A stretch of 31,331 nt of DNA from the NCBI GenBank assembly GCA_016935035.1, contig JAFGRR010000196.1, positions 1 to 31,331 of the forward strand, in the 5' to 3' direction. Source of the DNA: Phycisphaerae bacterium (GTDB lineage: Bacteria; Planctomycetota; Phycisphaerae; UBA1845; Fen-1342). The notes beneath the pieces are model-generated. The model worked only from the letters and a program-made list of their open reading frames with translations. It was not told where the DNA came from and ran no database searches. The position numbers and the translations under genes were made by a program. Shown in pieces: positions 8,973 through 18,224 of the stretch. How positions within the stretch are numbered: position 1 is the stretch's first letter; each line of letters starts with the position of its first letter.

Positions 8973-11441
8973 CTACCGCTCGTCAGGGCGGAGCGGATTC
9001 CCTTCCCAGTTGCGCTTAACCTCTTCCTCGATCGTCATCTCGGCAAAATCCGAGACGTTTCCGAGCACGTCGATCTGCCGAGCGAACAACTGGAGCTCCT
9101 TCAGCGGCTTCAGCGATCGCCGAACCGGGAGACCATATGTAAACGGTTCGCCCGGCGGCGCAAAACGCAGCTTCACGCCGGCCCAGCCATCCTCCTCGTA
9201 ATACCTGACCATGATGCGATGCGCACCGCTGTCGAGGAAGATGCGTCCGGAGCGTGGCAGCATGCCATGATGCCCCCAGTTATTGACGACCAGTTCGTCA
9301 TCGATGAAGACGCGCCCGCCATCGTCACACTCCAGTTCGAACGTGTACTGCCCCGGCCTGTCCACCATGAGATACCCCTCGAACACCAAGGAGAAGTCGT
9401 CGGCGGGCAGGCGTGGATCGGGCGCCCCACCTTCGAAGAGCTTGTTGATCGTCAGCCAACCATCCAGGAAGACCTGTTTCTCGAATGGCTGCCCGACATA
9501 CGCCCGTACCAGCCAACCATCGATCAGCTTCGAGTCGCGGACCCCGTGGTGCATGAAGCCGTCCGCTTTCACGGTGCATCCGCTGAGGGGCATCATCGGT
9601 ATGCCGTCGAGTCCCTCCCACAGTTCGACCTGTGCTTCGGGCTCACAGTGGAACAGAAGGGAGTCGATCTCCTGCTTGCCGACCGCAATCCCCTCCTGAG
9701 TGATCTTCTGGCGATAGCGTTTCGCGGCCTTGGGCGGCTCGGCTGTTCGGTCGATGACAAGCGCGATCGGCTGGCTCTCGCCACCGTCAGTCTTGGCCCG
9801 CAACTCATAGGTCCCGTCGGCGTTAAGCCCGAAGAGCGTGACCGGGCCGGTGCCAATCCGCTGGCCACGCACGCGATCGCCCTGCATCACCCGAACAAGC
9901 GTCTCAGCGCCGATGCCCATCACTTCAACCACCGGCAGGGCCGCGTTCGTCCGCTCGGGACCACGCAACATCACACGTTCCGGCGCGTCGGCGGGCTTGA
10001 CCAGACGCGTGCCGTATATGGTATGCAGCGGCGTAAGCGCGGCGCGGGTCTTGTCGTTGAATTCCAGGATGAAGTTGAACCCGATTGAACGGCCGGCGGT
10101 AAGCGTCAGGCCGTCGACGACGTCCTCCGGATCGCGCTGACCGCCGTAGTTGATCTCCTTGCTGACACCCTGGCCGATTTTGGCGGGCAGTGTGACGTCG
10201 AGCGTGTAGCTTCCGTCGACCGTCGTCTCTTTCGTTGTCGCCCCGGGGACATCACCACTCAGCCCCAAGCCATCGAACTGCACCTTACCGTTGGTGATCT
10301 TCAGCAGGTACGTGTCGCCGCCTTCCCAAAAGCCATTCGCGGCACTGCCGTCGATCTTGACCAAGGCCGTGAACGGTCGCGGCGCGACAAACCGCAGAAA
10401 GAGCTGATCCTCATTCCACGCGGCCTTGACCTGGCAATCACCACCCTGATCCGTGCGTGCGAAGACGGAGTCAATCAGGAGTTGCGTATCTTCAATCGTG
10501 TTGCCGTAGTGCAACATCGGCTGCATCGCCACGACCGGGTAGACATCCTCGCCATCCGGCACGCCATCGCCATCGGTGTCCGCCTTGCGCGGATCACTAC
10601 CGCGATATCGGTCGGCGGCGAATTCGTGCAGGTCGTCCAATCCGTCGCTGTCCGTGTCGGCCGTGGTCGGATCGCTGCCGAAACGCTTTTCATCCATGGG
10701 CAGACGCGGATCGTCGTCAGGCATGCCATCGCCGTCGGCGTCGGTCACTTCGAGAATCTCGTTCGTGACACCCTTGATGCCGAGCCAATCGTGGAACTCG
10801 CGGAAGGTCAGCGCGATCCAGTCCCAGTGCTCGCCGCCCTGGTAGTTCCACTGGAAGAAGGGGTCAGTGCGGTCACAATAGGGATGGGCGTGGAGCATCT
10901 CGAGGTTTGACGCGGGCACGGCCACCAGGTCGACGGCGTGCTGAAACTCGTGCGCGAAAATCCAGCCCCAGCCATACCCCACGTTCGGCTTGTCCTCGGG
11001 ATACCAGGTCAGATTGCCCTGCACTCCGCCGCCGCCGAAACACGCGCACGTGCCGTCGAACACGTTGAATCCGCCCCAATTGCCCATCATGCCCACGCCG
11101 GTGGTGATCAGCCCGTCGTATTGCCCGGGCTTGACGCCGCGCTGGGCCAGGTCGGCTTCCATGTGTTCGTAGGTCGGTCCGGCGTTCTCGGGGGCCGGCG
11201 TGTCGATCAGCATCCACACCAGCTCGACGTTGAAGCGGGCCAGGCTGTTTCGGAAATAGAAGGCCCGGCCCAGTTCGAAGCCGTTCTTGACCAGTTCGAC
11301 CTGCGCGTCGTCCATATAGTCGGCCGACCCCGGGTCGCCGCGGTAGATCACGGCCAGGGTCTTGAAGTTGTTGACCTTCATCGTCTGGGCGTTGGCCGCG
11401 ACCGCAGCCAGCAGCAGCATCGTCACAACTGAGAAACGCAT
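8973..11441 (-). CDS. Secreted modular protein, 822 aa: zincin-like HExxH domain, Ca-binding DxDxDG (TSP3-like) repeats, CBM9/DOMON-like domain, C-terminal PA14 domain
   Basis: Start MRFSVVTMLLLAAVAANA at 11441 behind a GGAGG RBS. Motifs: WIFAHEFQH, DADGDGMPD / DTDSDGLDD / DTDGDGVPD, VKAAWNEDQLFLRF, and the PA14 signature DDFSLVFEG...YTFELECDDGGRVFIDDELVVNNWGHHG...HRIMVRYYE. Confidence 0.8.
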   Translation of the reverse strand: MRFSVVTMLLLAAVAANAQTMKVNNFKTLAVIYRGDPGSADYMDDAQVELVKNGFELGRAFYFRNSLARFNVELVWMLIDTPAPENAGPTYEHMEADLAQRGVKPGQYDGLITTGVGMMGNWGGFNVFDGTCACFGGGGVQGNLTWYPEDKPNVGYGWGWIFAHEFQHAVDLVAVPASNLEMLHAHPYCDRTDPFFQWNYQGGEHWDWIALTFREFHDWLGIKGVTNEILEVTDADGDGMPDDDPRLPMDEKRFGSDPTTADTDSDGLDDLHEFAADRYRGSDPRKADTDGDGVPDGEDVYPVVAMQPMLHYGNTIEDTQLLIDSVFARTDQGGDCQVKAAWNEDQLFLRFVAPRPFTALVKIDGSAANGFWEGGDTYLLKITNGKVQFDGLGLSGDVPGATTKETTVDGSYTLDVTLPAKIGQGVSKEINYGGQRDPEDVVDGLTLTAGRSIGFNFILEFNDKTRAALTPLHTIYGTRLVKPADAPERVMLRGPERTNAALPVVEVMGIGAETLVRVMQGDRVRGQRIGTGPVTLFGLNADGTYELRAKTDGGESQPIALVIDRTAEPPKAAKRYRQKITQEGIAVGKQEIDSLLFHCEPEAQVELWEGLDGIPMMPLSGCTVKADGFMHHGVRDSKLIDGWLVRAYVGQPFEKQVFLDGWLTINKLFEGGAPDPRLPADDFSLVFEGYLMVDRPGQYTFELECDDGGRVFIDDELVVNNWGHHGMLPRSGRIFLDSGAHRIMVRYYEEDGWAGVKLRFAPPGEPFTYGLPVRRSLKPLKELQLFARQIDVLGNVSDFAEMTIEEEVKRNWEGNPLRPDER

Positions 11442-11613
11442 TGCATCCTCCTTGGAAGGCATAAAGACGATTGCGTCTATTTTCGCGGGATTAGCACATA
11501 TGTGCAACCGCATACCGCCGGCGGCGGCCTTGGTTGCGGTCCTCTTTGGTGGACACACCGGCGCCGTTACAATGCCGGCGCGACATTCGACACGAGATAG
11601 GGAGCCAAAACGG

Positions 11614-12828
11614 ATGAAACACACGCTGGCGTTCATGACGGCCGCGGCCCTGCTACTATCTATCGGCGGCTGCCCCACGACATCATCAAGCGACCAGACC
11701 ACGGACGAGGCCCCCATTACCGCCACGATTGTGCTCAGCGCGACCCAGGGGGCGGCTCCGTTCGAGATCATGATGTACGGCGACTCGTCGTCATCGACCG
11801 CCGGCGACATCGCAACATACGCCTGGGACATCGGCGGCGTGCGGATCTCCACCAACTCGACCGTCCGGCACACGTTTGAGGACCCGGGCCGATATACCAT
11901 CAGCCTGACGGTCACCGACACCGCCGGCAACCAGGCGACCGCCGCAGCCACGGTGCGTGCCCAGGGCGATGGCGCTGTCGAGGCCGTGATCGCTGTCGAC
12001 CGCGACGGGGGTACCGCGCCGCTGGCCGTCCAGTTCGACGGCACAGTCAGCACGGCCGAGAACGACACCATCACCGATTATTATTGGGACTTCAACGACG
12101 GGACGACATCGGCCAACTCGCACCCGCTCCATATCTTCGAGTCCGAAGGAACCTACCTCGTGACTCTGACCGCCACCTCGGGTGGCGGCTCCGAGGACTC
12201 GGCTTCGATCGAGATCACGGTCGGCTCTTCCGGCGGCAACTCGCTGCAATTCGCCGGCAGCCAGTACATCACGCTCCCGGTCTCCAACTCCGACCCCCTC
12301 AGCGCCTGCACGTTTGAGGCGTGGATCAGGGCCGAGGACGGCTCCGGCATAGTCGCATCCATCGGCGCCCAGGCCATGGTCATCAGCACCGACATCGACG
12401 ACGACGAGATCAGCGTCATCACCGGCTCCGGCACCGTAACGGCCATCGCCACCGGTCTGGGGCGGGTCTGGCGACACGTGGCCGTCACGTACGAGAGCGG
12501 CGTCACCACTTCGATCTACCTCGACGGTCTGCTGCTCAGCACGAAAACGCTGACGGGTGATCTGGATGTCAGCTCACTGACGGTCGGACAGGGCTTCGAT
12601 GGCAAGATTGCCCGCATCGCCTTCTGGGCCAGCGCGCGGACCGCCACGCAGGTGGCCGCAGACGCCAACGGCGCGGCTCCCAGCGGCGGCACGCTGCTGG
12701 GATACTGGCCGCTCGATGAAGGCAGTGGACAATACCTGGGGAACGACGCCGGCGGAACATCCGGCCGCCTGGGCCTCTCGTCATCCGTCGAGGCCGCCGA
12801 CCCGGCTTGGAGCAGCGACGGCCCGTAA
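11614..12828 (+). CDS. Probable lipoprotein with two PKD domains and a C-terminal LamG/concanavalin-like domain, 404 aa
   Basis: MKHTLAFMTAAALLLSIGG-C lipobox-like site. Two PKD repeats (YAWDIGG...HTFEDPGRYTISLTVTD and YYWDFNDG...HIFESEGTYLVTLT). LamG motifs FEAWIR, WRHVAVTY, IYLDG and GYWPLDEGSG. Confidence 0.82.
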   Translation: MKHTLAFMTAAALLLSIGGCPTTSSSDQTTDEAPITATIVLSATQGAAPFEIMMYGDSSSSTAGDIATYAWDIGGVRISTNSTVRHTFEDPGRYTISLTVTDTAGNQATAAATVRAQGDGAVEAVIAVDRDGGTAPLAVQFDGTVSTAENDTITDYYWDFNDGTTSANSHPLHIFESEGTYLVTLTATSGGGSEDSASIEITVGSSGGNSLQFAGSQYITLPVSNSDPLSACTFEAWIRAEDGSGIVASIGAQAMVISTDIDDDEISVITGSGTVTAIATGLGRVWRHVAVTYESGVTTSIYLDGLLLSTKTLTGDLDVSSLTVGQGFDGKIARIAFWASARTATQVAADANGAAPSGGTLLGYWPLDEGSGQYLGNDAGGTSGRLGLSSSVEAADPAWSSDGP

Positions 12829-12847
12829 GTCAGCGGAGACCCTGCGG

Positions 12848-12980
12848 CGTCAGGTCTGCGTGCCTGGCGTTTGTTTCGCGCACAACCGCTTCCTCACGGG
12901 CGCGGCTCTGATCGGGTAGCGGACGGCCGACGAGACGTCGGCCGCTACACAAGACGTCAGGTTCGGAGATCTGACGCTAT
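12848..12980. repeat. Mosaic of REP-like palindromes (BIME-like) between convergent genes
   Basis: Four units: CGTCAGG-N8-CCTGGCG (12848-12869), AACCGCTTCCTCACGGGCGCGGCTCTGAT (12884-12912), CGGCCGACG-AGA-CGTCGGCCG-CTAC (12924-12948) and GACGTCAGG..TCTGACGCTA (12953-12979). Confidence 0.85.
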
Positions 12981-14305
12981 GCGTCTTCGTCGCTGGCATG
13001 ACGAATGTCGCGCGACATCGAGTGTAGGTGATCGAGTGCACGCGGCGCGATGCGGACCTGCACGATCGCCCGGCCGTCGGCGTACTCGCGACCCATGACT
13101 TCCGAATAGCGTTCGAGGAAGTCGAGCGCCCGGCCGTCCGACGCCGGCACCGACAGCGTCATCTCGCGCTGTTCGCCGCGCACATCCGTCAACACGAAGC
13201 TCGTCAGCTCATCCAAGCCCTGGCCGGTCCTGGCCGAAATCAGCACACTGTCCGGCCACTGCTGACGCAGAACCGTAATCAGGGCGGCGTCCTCGGCGAT
13301 GTCGGCCTTGTTGAGCACCAGCAGCAGCTTGTGGTCCGCCAGACCCAACGCATCCAGTACCGTCTCCACGTCGGCGATCTGTCGCTCGGCCTCCGGATTG
13401 GCAGCGTCAACGACGTGCATCAGTAGGTCGGCGTGAATCGCCTCTTCGAGCGTCGCACGAAACGATGCCACCAGGTGGTGCGGCAGATTGCGAATGAAGC
13501 CGACCGTATCCGACAGCAGCACGTGCCGCCCACCGCCGAGTGACCATTTGCGCGTCAGCGTGTCGAGTGTGGCGAACAGCCGATCCTCGGTCGGCGTGTC
13601 GGCCGCGGTCAGAGCATTCATCAGCGAGCTCTTGCCCGCATTAGTGTAGCCGACCAGTGATACCGTGAAGTGGTTGCGCCGCGCCTGGACCTCGCGCTGA
13701 CGCCGGCGGTCGATTTCCGCGATCTGGCCTTTGAGGAAAGCCACGCGCTTGCCGACGATGCGGCGGTCGATCTCGATCTGTCGCTCGCCCGGACCGCGTG
13801 TCCCCACGCCACCGACGGCGCCGACTCCGGTTGCGCCGCCCGCGCCGGCGATGCGTTCAAGGTGTGTCCACATGCCGCGCAGCCGCGGCGCCGTGTATTC
13901 GAGTTGCGCCAGTTCAACCTGGAGCCGCGCCTCGTGCGTGCGCGCCCGGCTCGCGAAAATGTCCAGGATGATCTCGCTGCGGTCGAGCACCTTGCGTTCA
14001 ACCGCTTTCTCTATTTCGCGCAGTTGCGATGGCGAAAGGTCGTTGTCGAAGACAACCACGTCGGCCTCGTACGCCTCGGCCTTCTGGCGGATCTCGTCCA
14101 GCTTGCCGCGACCGACGCAGGTGGCGGCGGCGAAGGAGCGGCGGTGCTGCACGACGCGCGCGGCAACTTCGCAGCCGGCCGAACGCACCAGCTCGGCCAG
14201 TTCCGCCAGCGGATCATCGCGAATCTGCTCGCCATTCTTCAGCACGCCGACCAGAATCGCCTTCTCTGGGCGTTTGTCGGTTTTCTCGCGTGATTCGTAT
14301 TCCAC
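12977..14305 (-). CDS. hflX: Ribosome rescue GTPase HflX
   Basis: DNDLSPSQLR, ILDIFASRA, GTRGPGE, G1 GYTNAGKS, LFATLDT, G3 DTVGF and G4 NKAD motifs. Confidence 0.97.
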   Translation of the reverse strand: MEYESREKTDKRPEKAILVGVLKNGEQIRDDPLAELAELVRSAGCEVAARVVQHRRSFAAATCVGRGKLDEIRQKAEAYEADVVVFDNDLSPSQLREIEKAVERKVLDRSEIILDIFASRARTHEARLQVELAQLEYTAPRLRGMWTHLERIAGAGGATGVGAVGGVGTRGPGERQIEIDRRIVGKRVAFLKGQIAEIDRRRQREVQARRNHFTVSLVGYTNAGKSSLMNALTAADTPTEDRLFATLDTLTRKWSLGGGRHVLLSDTVGFIRNLPHHLVASFRATLEEAIHADLLMHVVDAANPEAERQIADVETVLDALGLADHKLLLVLNKADIAEDAALITVLRQQWPDSVLISARTGQGLDELTSFVLTDVRGEQREMTLSVPASDGRALDFLERYSEVMGREYADGRAIVQVRIAPRALDHLHSMSRDIRHASDEDA

Positions 14306-14394
14306 TCTGCCTTGCAGCTCCGTTCGCTAGTGACGCGCCGCCGATATCGCGTGCGATCATCCGGTAACAGCGCGACCACGCGCCGCAAACGTCC

Positions 14395-14424
14395 ATCATA
14401 GCAGGTCCCGCGTCTGACCGTCGA
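14395..14424 (-). promoter_or_regulatory. Candidate sigma70 promoter for hflX
   Basis: Minus strand TCGACG-N18-TATGAT with an extended -10 TGn (TGCTATGAT), about 90 nt upstream of the start. Confidence 0.5.
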
Positions 14425-14580
14425 GCGGAATCGCCGTAACCAAGACGCGCTTCGAACGATCTGTCTCCAATCAGAACCCGGACGCCGATCCAGTGTCCAT
14501 CCCGTCCGAAACCCATGCCGCTCTCATGAAGATCGCATGCCGCCCACGTGGTTTCTTGTACAACGCCACCCAGACACGGG

Positions 14581-14608
14581 TTCAACCGCGCGAAACAGGA
14601 CGTATAAT
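14581..14608 (+). promoter_or_regulatory. Candidate sigma70 promoter for the Eis-like gene
   Basis: TTCAAC-N16-TATAAT, with a consensus -10. Confidence 0.55.
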
Positions 14609-14691
14609 GCGTCCCACAATGGCCCGCTGTGCCATGTCGGCCGTTTTTGTGGCAACCGCTATGTGGGCTTGCGTCGTAAGAGGGCATACAA

Positions 14692-15870
14692 GTGATAGAA
14701 GAAATGACAGTTGGGCCGTGCGCCGAGGAGGCTGACCTCACCCGTTTTGGCGAGATCGCCAGCGAGGCGTTTGCCGTGCCAGTCGAGGATAACCAGCCTT
14801 ATTTTGAATCGGTGGGTGTTGAAAACGTGCGCCTGGTGCGCCGCGGAAAGCACGTGGTCGGCGGGTTGGCGGGCATTCCAAAGGGCCAGTGGTTCGGCGG
14901 ACGCGCGGTCCCGATGAACGGCGTTGCCGCCGTCGCCGTCGCACCGTATGAGAGAGCGCGCGGCGCGGCCACCACCCTGCTGCGTGAGTTCCTCAAGGAA
15001 CTGCGCGAACGCGGTACGCCGATCTCATCGCTCTATCCAGCAACACGGCGTCTCTATCGACGCGTCGGTTACGAGATGGCCGGCGACGAAACCGAGGTCA
15101 CGCTGCCGCTCAAGTCGATTGATCTGCGCGACCGCGAACTCGAACTGCGTCCCATGACCGACAGCGACGACGATGCCGTGCGCGCCGTGTACGCAAATTG
15201 GGCCGCGCGGAACCCCGGCAACCTCGACCGCGTAGCGTTTAACTGGCGCCGCGTGCGTCAGTTCCGCAAGCAGCCGACGCACGGCTACGTGGTGTGCCGC
15301 GATGGAGCGCTCGAAGGCTACGCCTACGTGCGTTCGATCACACGTGAAGGCGAGCCGGCGCTGCTCTACACTCACGATGTCGTGGCTGCGACACCGGCGG
15401 CGGCGCGGCGACTGCTGACATTCCTCGCCGACTTTCGCACCGTGCGCAAAGAGGTGAAGTGGCGAACTAACTCGACGGATACGCTGCTGATGACCCTGAC
15501 CGAGGGCGACTACACGCTGCAGCACGTGGGAAGTTGGATGTTGCGCATCGTCGACGTAGCCAAGGCGCTCGAAGCACGCGGCTATCCTCCCGGCATGCAG
15601 GCGGAGGTGCACTTCAACGTGCATGACGACCTGTTGCCAGCAAACAACGGCAAGTTTGTGCTCGAAGTCGGCGACGCCGTCGGCCACGTGAAGTCCGGCG
15701 GTCGCGGCACGTTTGAACTCGACATTCGAGGATTGGCGACGCTGTATAGCGGCTACATGACGCCCGACACGATCGCAGCGATTAAGCTCGGTACCGCGCC
15801 AGAGGCCGAACTGGCCCAGGCCGGGGCGGTCTTCGCCGGCCCGCGACCGTGGATGCGCGACGCATTCTAG
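14692..15870 (+). CDS. Eis-family GNAT acetyltransferase with C-terminal SCP2-like domain
   Basis: QWFGGRAVPMNGVAAVAVAPYERARGAA, SLYPAT..LYRRVGYE, WMLRIVDVAKALEARGYP, LDIRGLATLYSG and terminal PWMRDAF. An alternative start is ATG 14704. Confidence 0.9.
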   Translation: MIEEMTVGPCAEEADLTRFGEIASEAFAVPVEDNQPYFESVGVENVRLVRRGKHVVGGLAGIPKGQWFGGRAVPMNGVAAVAVAPYERARGAATTLLREFLKELRERGTPISSLYPATRRLYRRVGYEMAGDETEVTLPLKSIDLRDRELELRPMTDSDDDAVRAVYANWAARNPGNLDRVAFNWRRVRQFRKQPTHGYVVCRDGALEGYAYVRSITREGEPALLYTHDVVAATPAAARRLLTFLADFRTVRKEVKWRTNSTDTLLMTLTEGDYTLQHVGSWMLRIVDVAKALEARGYPPGMQAEVHFNVHDDLLPANNGKFVLEVGDAVGHVKSGGRGTFELDIRGLATLYSGYMTPDTIAAIKLGTAPEAELAQAGAVFAGPRPWMRDAF

Positions 15871-15876
15871 GAACTG

Positions 15877-15904
15877 ATCAGAGCCCGAGCAGTGGCGAGC
15901 GAAC
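15877..15904. repeat. Degenerate copy of an ATCAGAGCC-led intergenic repeat
   Basis: ATCAGAGCCCGAGCAGTGGCGAGCG resembles the reverse complement of 12884-12912 (ATCAGAGCCGCGCCCGTGAGGAAGCGG). Both lie just downstream of stop codons. Confidence 0.4.
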
Positions 15905-15960
15905 ATATTCACAGCGACGGCTCTGTCGCGCCGGCAGAAACCAAGTATGGCGGGTAGCTA

Positions 15961-16404
15961 ATGGCGAATGGCGGGCTTGAAGAAACCGGGCCGATTAGCT
16001 TCTGCGACGATGTAAGCTCGATTACCGCCGACCAGCTTCGCGGCTTCTTCGTCGGCTGGCCCGCGTGCCCATCGCCCGAGCGGCATCTGGATATTCTGCA
16101 CGGCAGCGACCGCGCCATTCTCGCCATCGATGAAACTACAGGCCGCGCTGTCGGCTTCATCACCGCCGTCACTGACGGCGTTCTAACGGCGTACATCCCG
16201 CTGCTTGAGGTCCTGCCTGAGTATCAGAAACGCGGGATCGGCGGCGAGTTGCTTAGACGGATGCTCGACGAGTTCGCGGATCTGTACATGACCGATCTGG
16301 TGTGCGATCCGCCCTTGCAGGCGTTCTACGAGCGGGCCGGCATGCATCGCGGGATGGCAATGGTGCGTCGTGATCGGGCCGGAATGACCGGCGAGCGGCG
16401 ATGA
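15961..16404 (+). CDS. GNAT family N-acetyltransferase
   Basis: VGFITAVTDGVLTAYIPLLEVLPEYQKRGIG (acetyl-CoA motif A) and FYERAGM. Confidence 0.9.
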   Translation: MANGGLEETGPISFCDDVSSITADQLRGFFVGWPACPSPERHLDILHGSDRAILAIDETTGRAVGFITAVTDGVLTAYIPLLEVLPEYQKRGIGGELLRRMLDEFADLYMTDLVCDPPLQAFYERAGMHRGMAMVRRDRAGMTGERR

Positions 16405-16560
16405 GTGCACAGATTTCGCACGTGTCGCACGCGAATAACCGGACGTTGATCGTGAATACTCATGGGAGAGCAGTTCCAACGGCATAACCGTGCGCGGCCG
16501 GCTCGTCGCTTGGTCGAGAGCACGTCATGTCCTCGATTCGCCTCAAACGGGAGGTTCCCG

Positions 16561-17223
16561 ATGCAGAGAAACGCCCTCGGAACAGTGATCGCGGTACTGT
16601 CCACCGTGCTGGGTTGCCAGAATGGCGCCACGACGACCAGTAGCACCACCACTGGCAGCGGCGTGGTCAAGACCGAGTCACGCGCGGTGGCAGCCTTTGA
16701 TCGAGTCGAGTTGACTATTGCCGCCACGATTACCATCAGTGTTGGCGGCGAGCAGTCCATGGCCATCACTACCGACGACAACATCCTGGAGTTGATCACA
16801 ACCACTGTTGCCGACGGACATCTGGTGATCGGCTGTGAAAATACGATCAGCCCCAGCGTGCCGATCACGATCGACATCAGCATCCCCAGCCTGGCCGAGG
16901 TCAACCTTACCGGCGCTGGTACCATCTCCATCAGCGGCGTTAACAGCGAAACGCTTGAACTGGCCATCCAGGGTGCTGGTGATATCAACGTCAGCGGCAA
17001 GGTCGATGCGCTCGCGGCGCGCATCTCAGGCGCCGGCAACATCGGTGCGGCGGGGCTGGCCACGCGCGAGGCTGTTGTGCGCCTCACCGGCACAGGCAGT
17101 GCAAGCGTGAGTCCGACTGAAACGCTGGACGCGATCATCACTGGCGTTGGCTCGATCACGTACGCCGGCGACCCGGAGGTAACCCAGAAAATCTCCGGCA
17201 TTGGCACTGTGCGCAGACGCTGA
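16561..17223 (+). CDS. Lipoprotein with head GIN (DUF2807) beta-helix domain
   Basis: Lipobox VLG-C, followed by GSGVVKTESR..AFDRV, DDNILELI, and periodic L.G.G.I repeats ending GVGSITYAGDP. Confidence 0.85.
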   Translation: MQRNALGTVIAVLSTVLGCQNGATTTSSTTTGSGVVKTESRAVAAFDRVELTIAATITISVGGEQSMAITTDDNILELITTTVADGHLVIGCENTISPSVPITIDISIPSLAEVNLTGAGTISISGVNSETLELAIQGAGDINVSGKVDALAARISGAGNIGAAGLATREAVVRLTGTGSASVSPTETLDAIITGVGSITYAGDPEVTQKISGIGTVRRR

Positions 17224-17284
17224 TTGTCCGTGGTGAATGCAGACGACCGTAACGTCAGGTCCAACAGACAAGAGGGACGGCACT

Positions 17285-17959
17285 ATGAACAGAACACTGC
17301 AACTAGCAACACTGGGATTGATCGGCGCGGCGATGCTGGGCTGCGCGGGACAAACCACGGTCATGATCAACGGCATGCCGCCGACGCACGGCAGTGGCGT
17401 GCTGGTGAGCGAGTCGCGGACGGTCGAGGGCTTTAACGCCGTCACGCTCAAGGGCTCTTCAGACGTCACGATTGAAATCGGCGAGGCGCAGTCAGTACAG
17501 GTCACCGCCGACGACAACCTCCTGCCGCTAATCAGCACGGAGGTTCATGACGGTTGTCTTGTCATCGGTGCGCAGGGCTCGTATACGACGAGGCAGAGGA
17601 TCAAGGTGGCGATCGTAAGCCCAGAGCTACGCGAGGCCGAGATTCACGGCTCGGGTGATATGAACATCCAGGGCGTCGGCGGCGAGTCACTGCATCTGGT
17701 GATCGAGGGCAGCGGTGATATCAATGCCGCCGGCACGGTGGACACCGCCAGGCTGGTGGTCGACGGCTCCGGCGACATCAACGCTAGCAAACTCAAGGCC
17801 CGCCATGTCGTGGCGGAAGTTAACGGCAGCGGCAACATTCGGGCCCACGCCGACGAGGAGTTGGATGCGGCCGTGAACGGCAGCGGCGACATCCGTTACA
17901 GCGGCAAGCCAAACCTGGTCAACAGGGCCGTCAGCAGCGGCACTATCCGGCACGAATAG
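17285..17959 (+). CDS. Lipoprotein with head GIN (DUF2807) domain, tandem paralog
   Basis: Lipobox MLG-C, followed by GSGVLVSESR..GFNAV, DDNLLPLI, GSGD repeats and GSGDIRYSGKP. Confidence 0.85.
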   Translation: MNRTLQLATLGLIGAAMLGCAGQTTVMINGMPPTHGSGVLVSESRTVEGFNAVTLKGSSDVTIEIGEAQSVQVTADDNLLPLISTEVHDGCLVIGAQGSYTTRQRIKVAIVSPELREAEIHGSGDMNIQGVGGESLHLVIEGSGDINAAGTVDTARLVVDGSGDINASKLKARHVVAEVNGSGNIRAHADEELDAAVNGSGDIRYSGKPNLVNRAVSSGTIRHE

Positions 17960-18224
17960 CCTCTGAATCCGATAGCCACACCCGACGCGCGGCGACGCGG
18001 ACACTTCTATACTGTGTCGAGAACCACAGCTCCAAGTGGGCGATTTACACCGCTTTCTTGCGCCACTTTTGGCTGCTGTTCTGTTAACATCGAAGTTGCG
18101 CACGGGGCCGCGCGTCAAATCTGGCGGCTAAGCGTCTATTTGCCGGCAACGGGGCTTGGCGAATCTACAGCCACCGGCAAACAGCACATCGGATAAGCTG
18201 GTGAAACCGAAGGAGGCACAAGCC

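Noticed and set aside
11362-12074. Apparent 700-bp head-to-head overlap of the 1033-aa and 488-aa ORFs
   Set aside because: Artefact of longest-ORF start choice. Signal peptides place the starts at 11441 (with a GGAGG RBS) and 11614, leaving a normal divergent gap.
14214-14741. 175-aa ORF in the hflX/Eis divergent gap
   Set aside because: Overlaps both neighbours and both candidate promoters, and has no recognisable motifs.
18154-18170. GG-N10-GC upstream of the tandem peptidase as a sigma-54 promoter
   Set aside because: Both boxes deviate from consensus (TGGCGA and CAGC), and such matches are expected by chance at this GC content.
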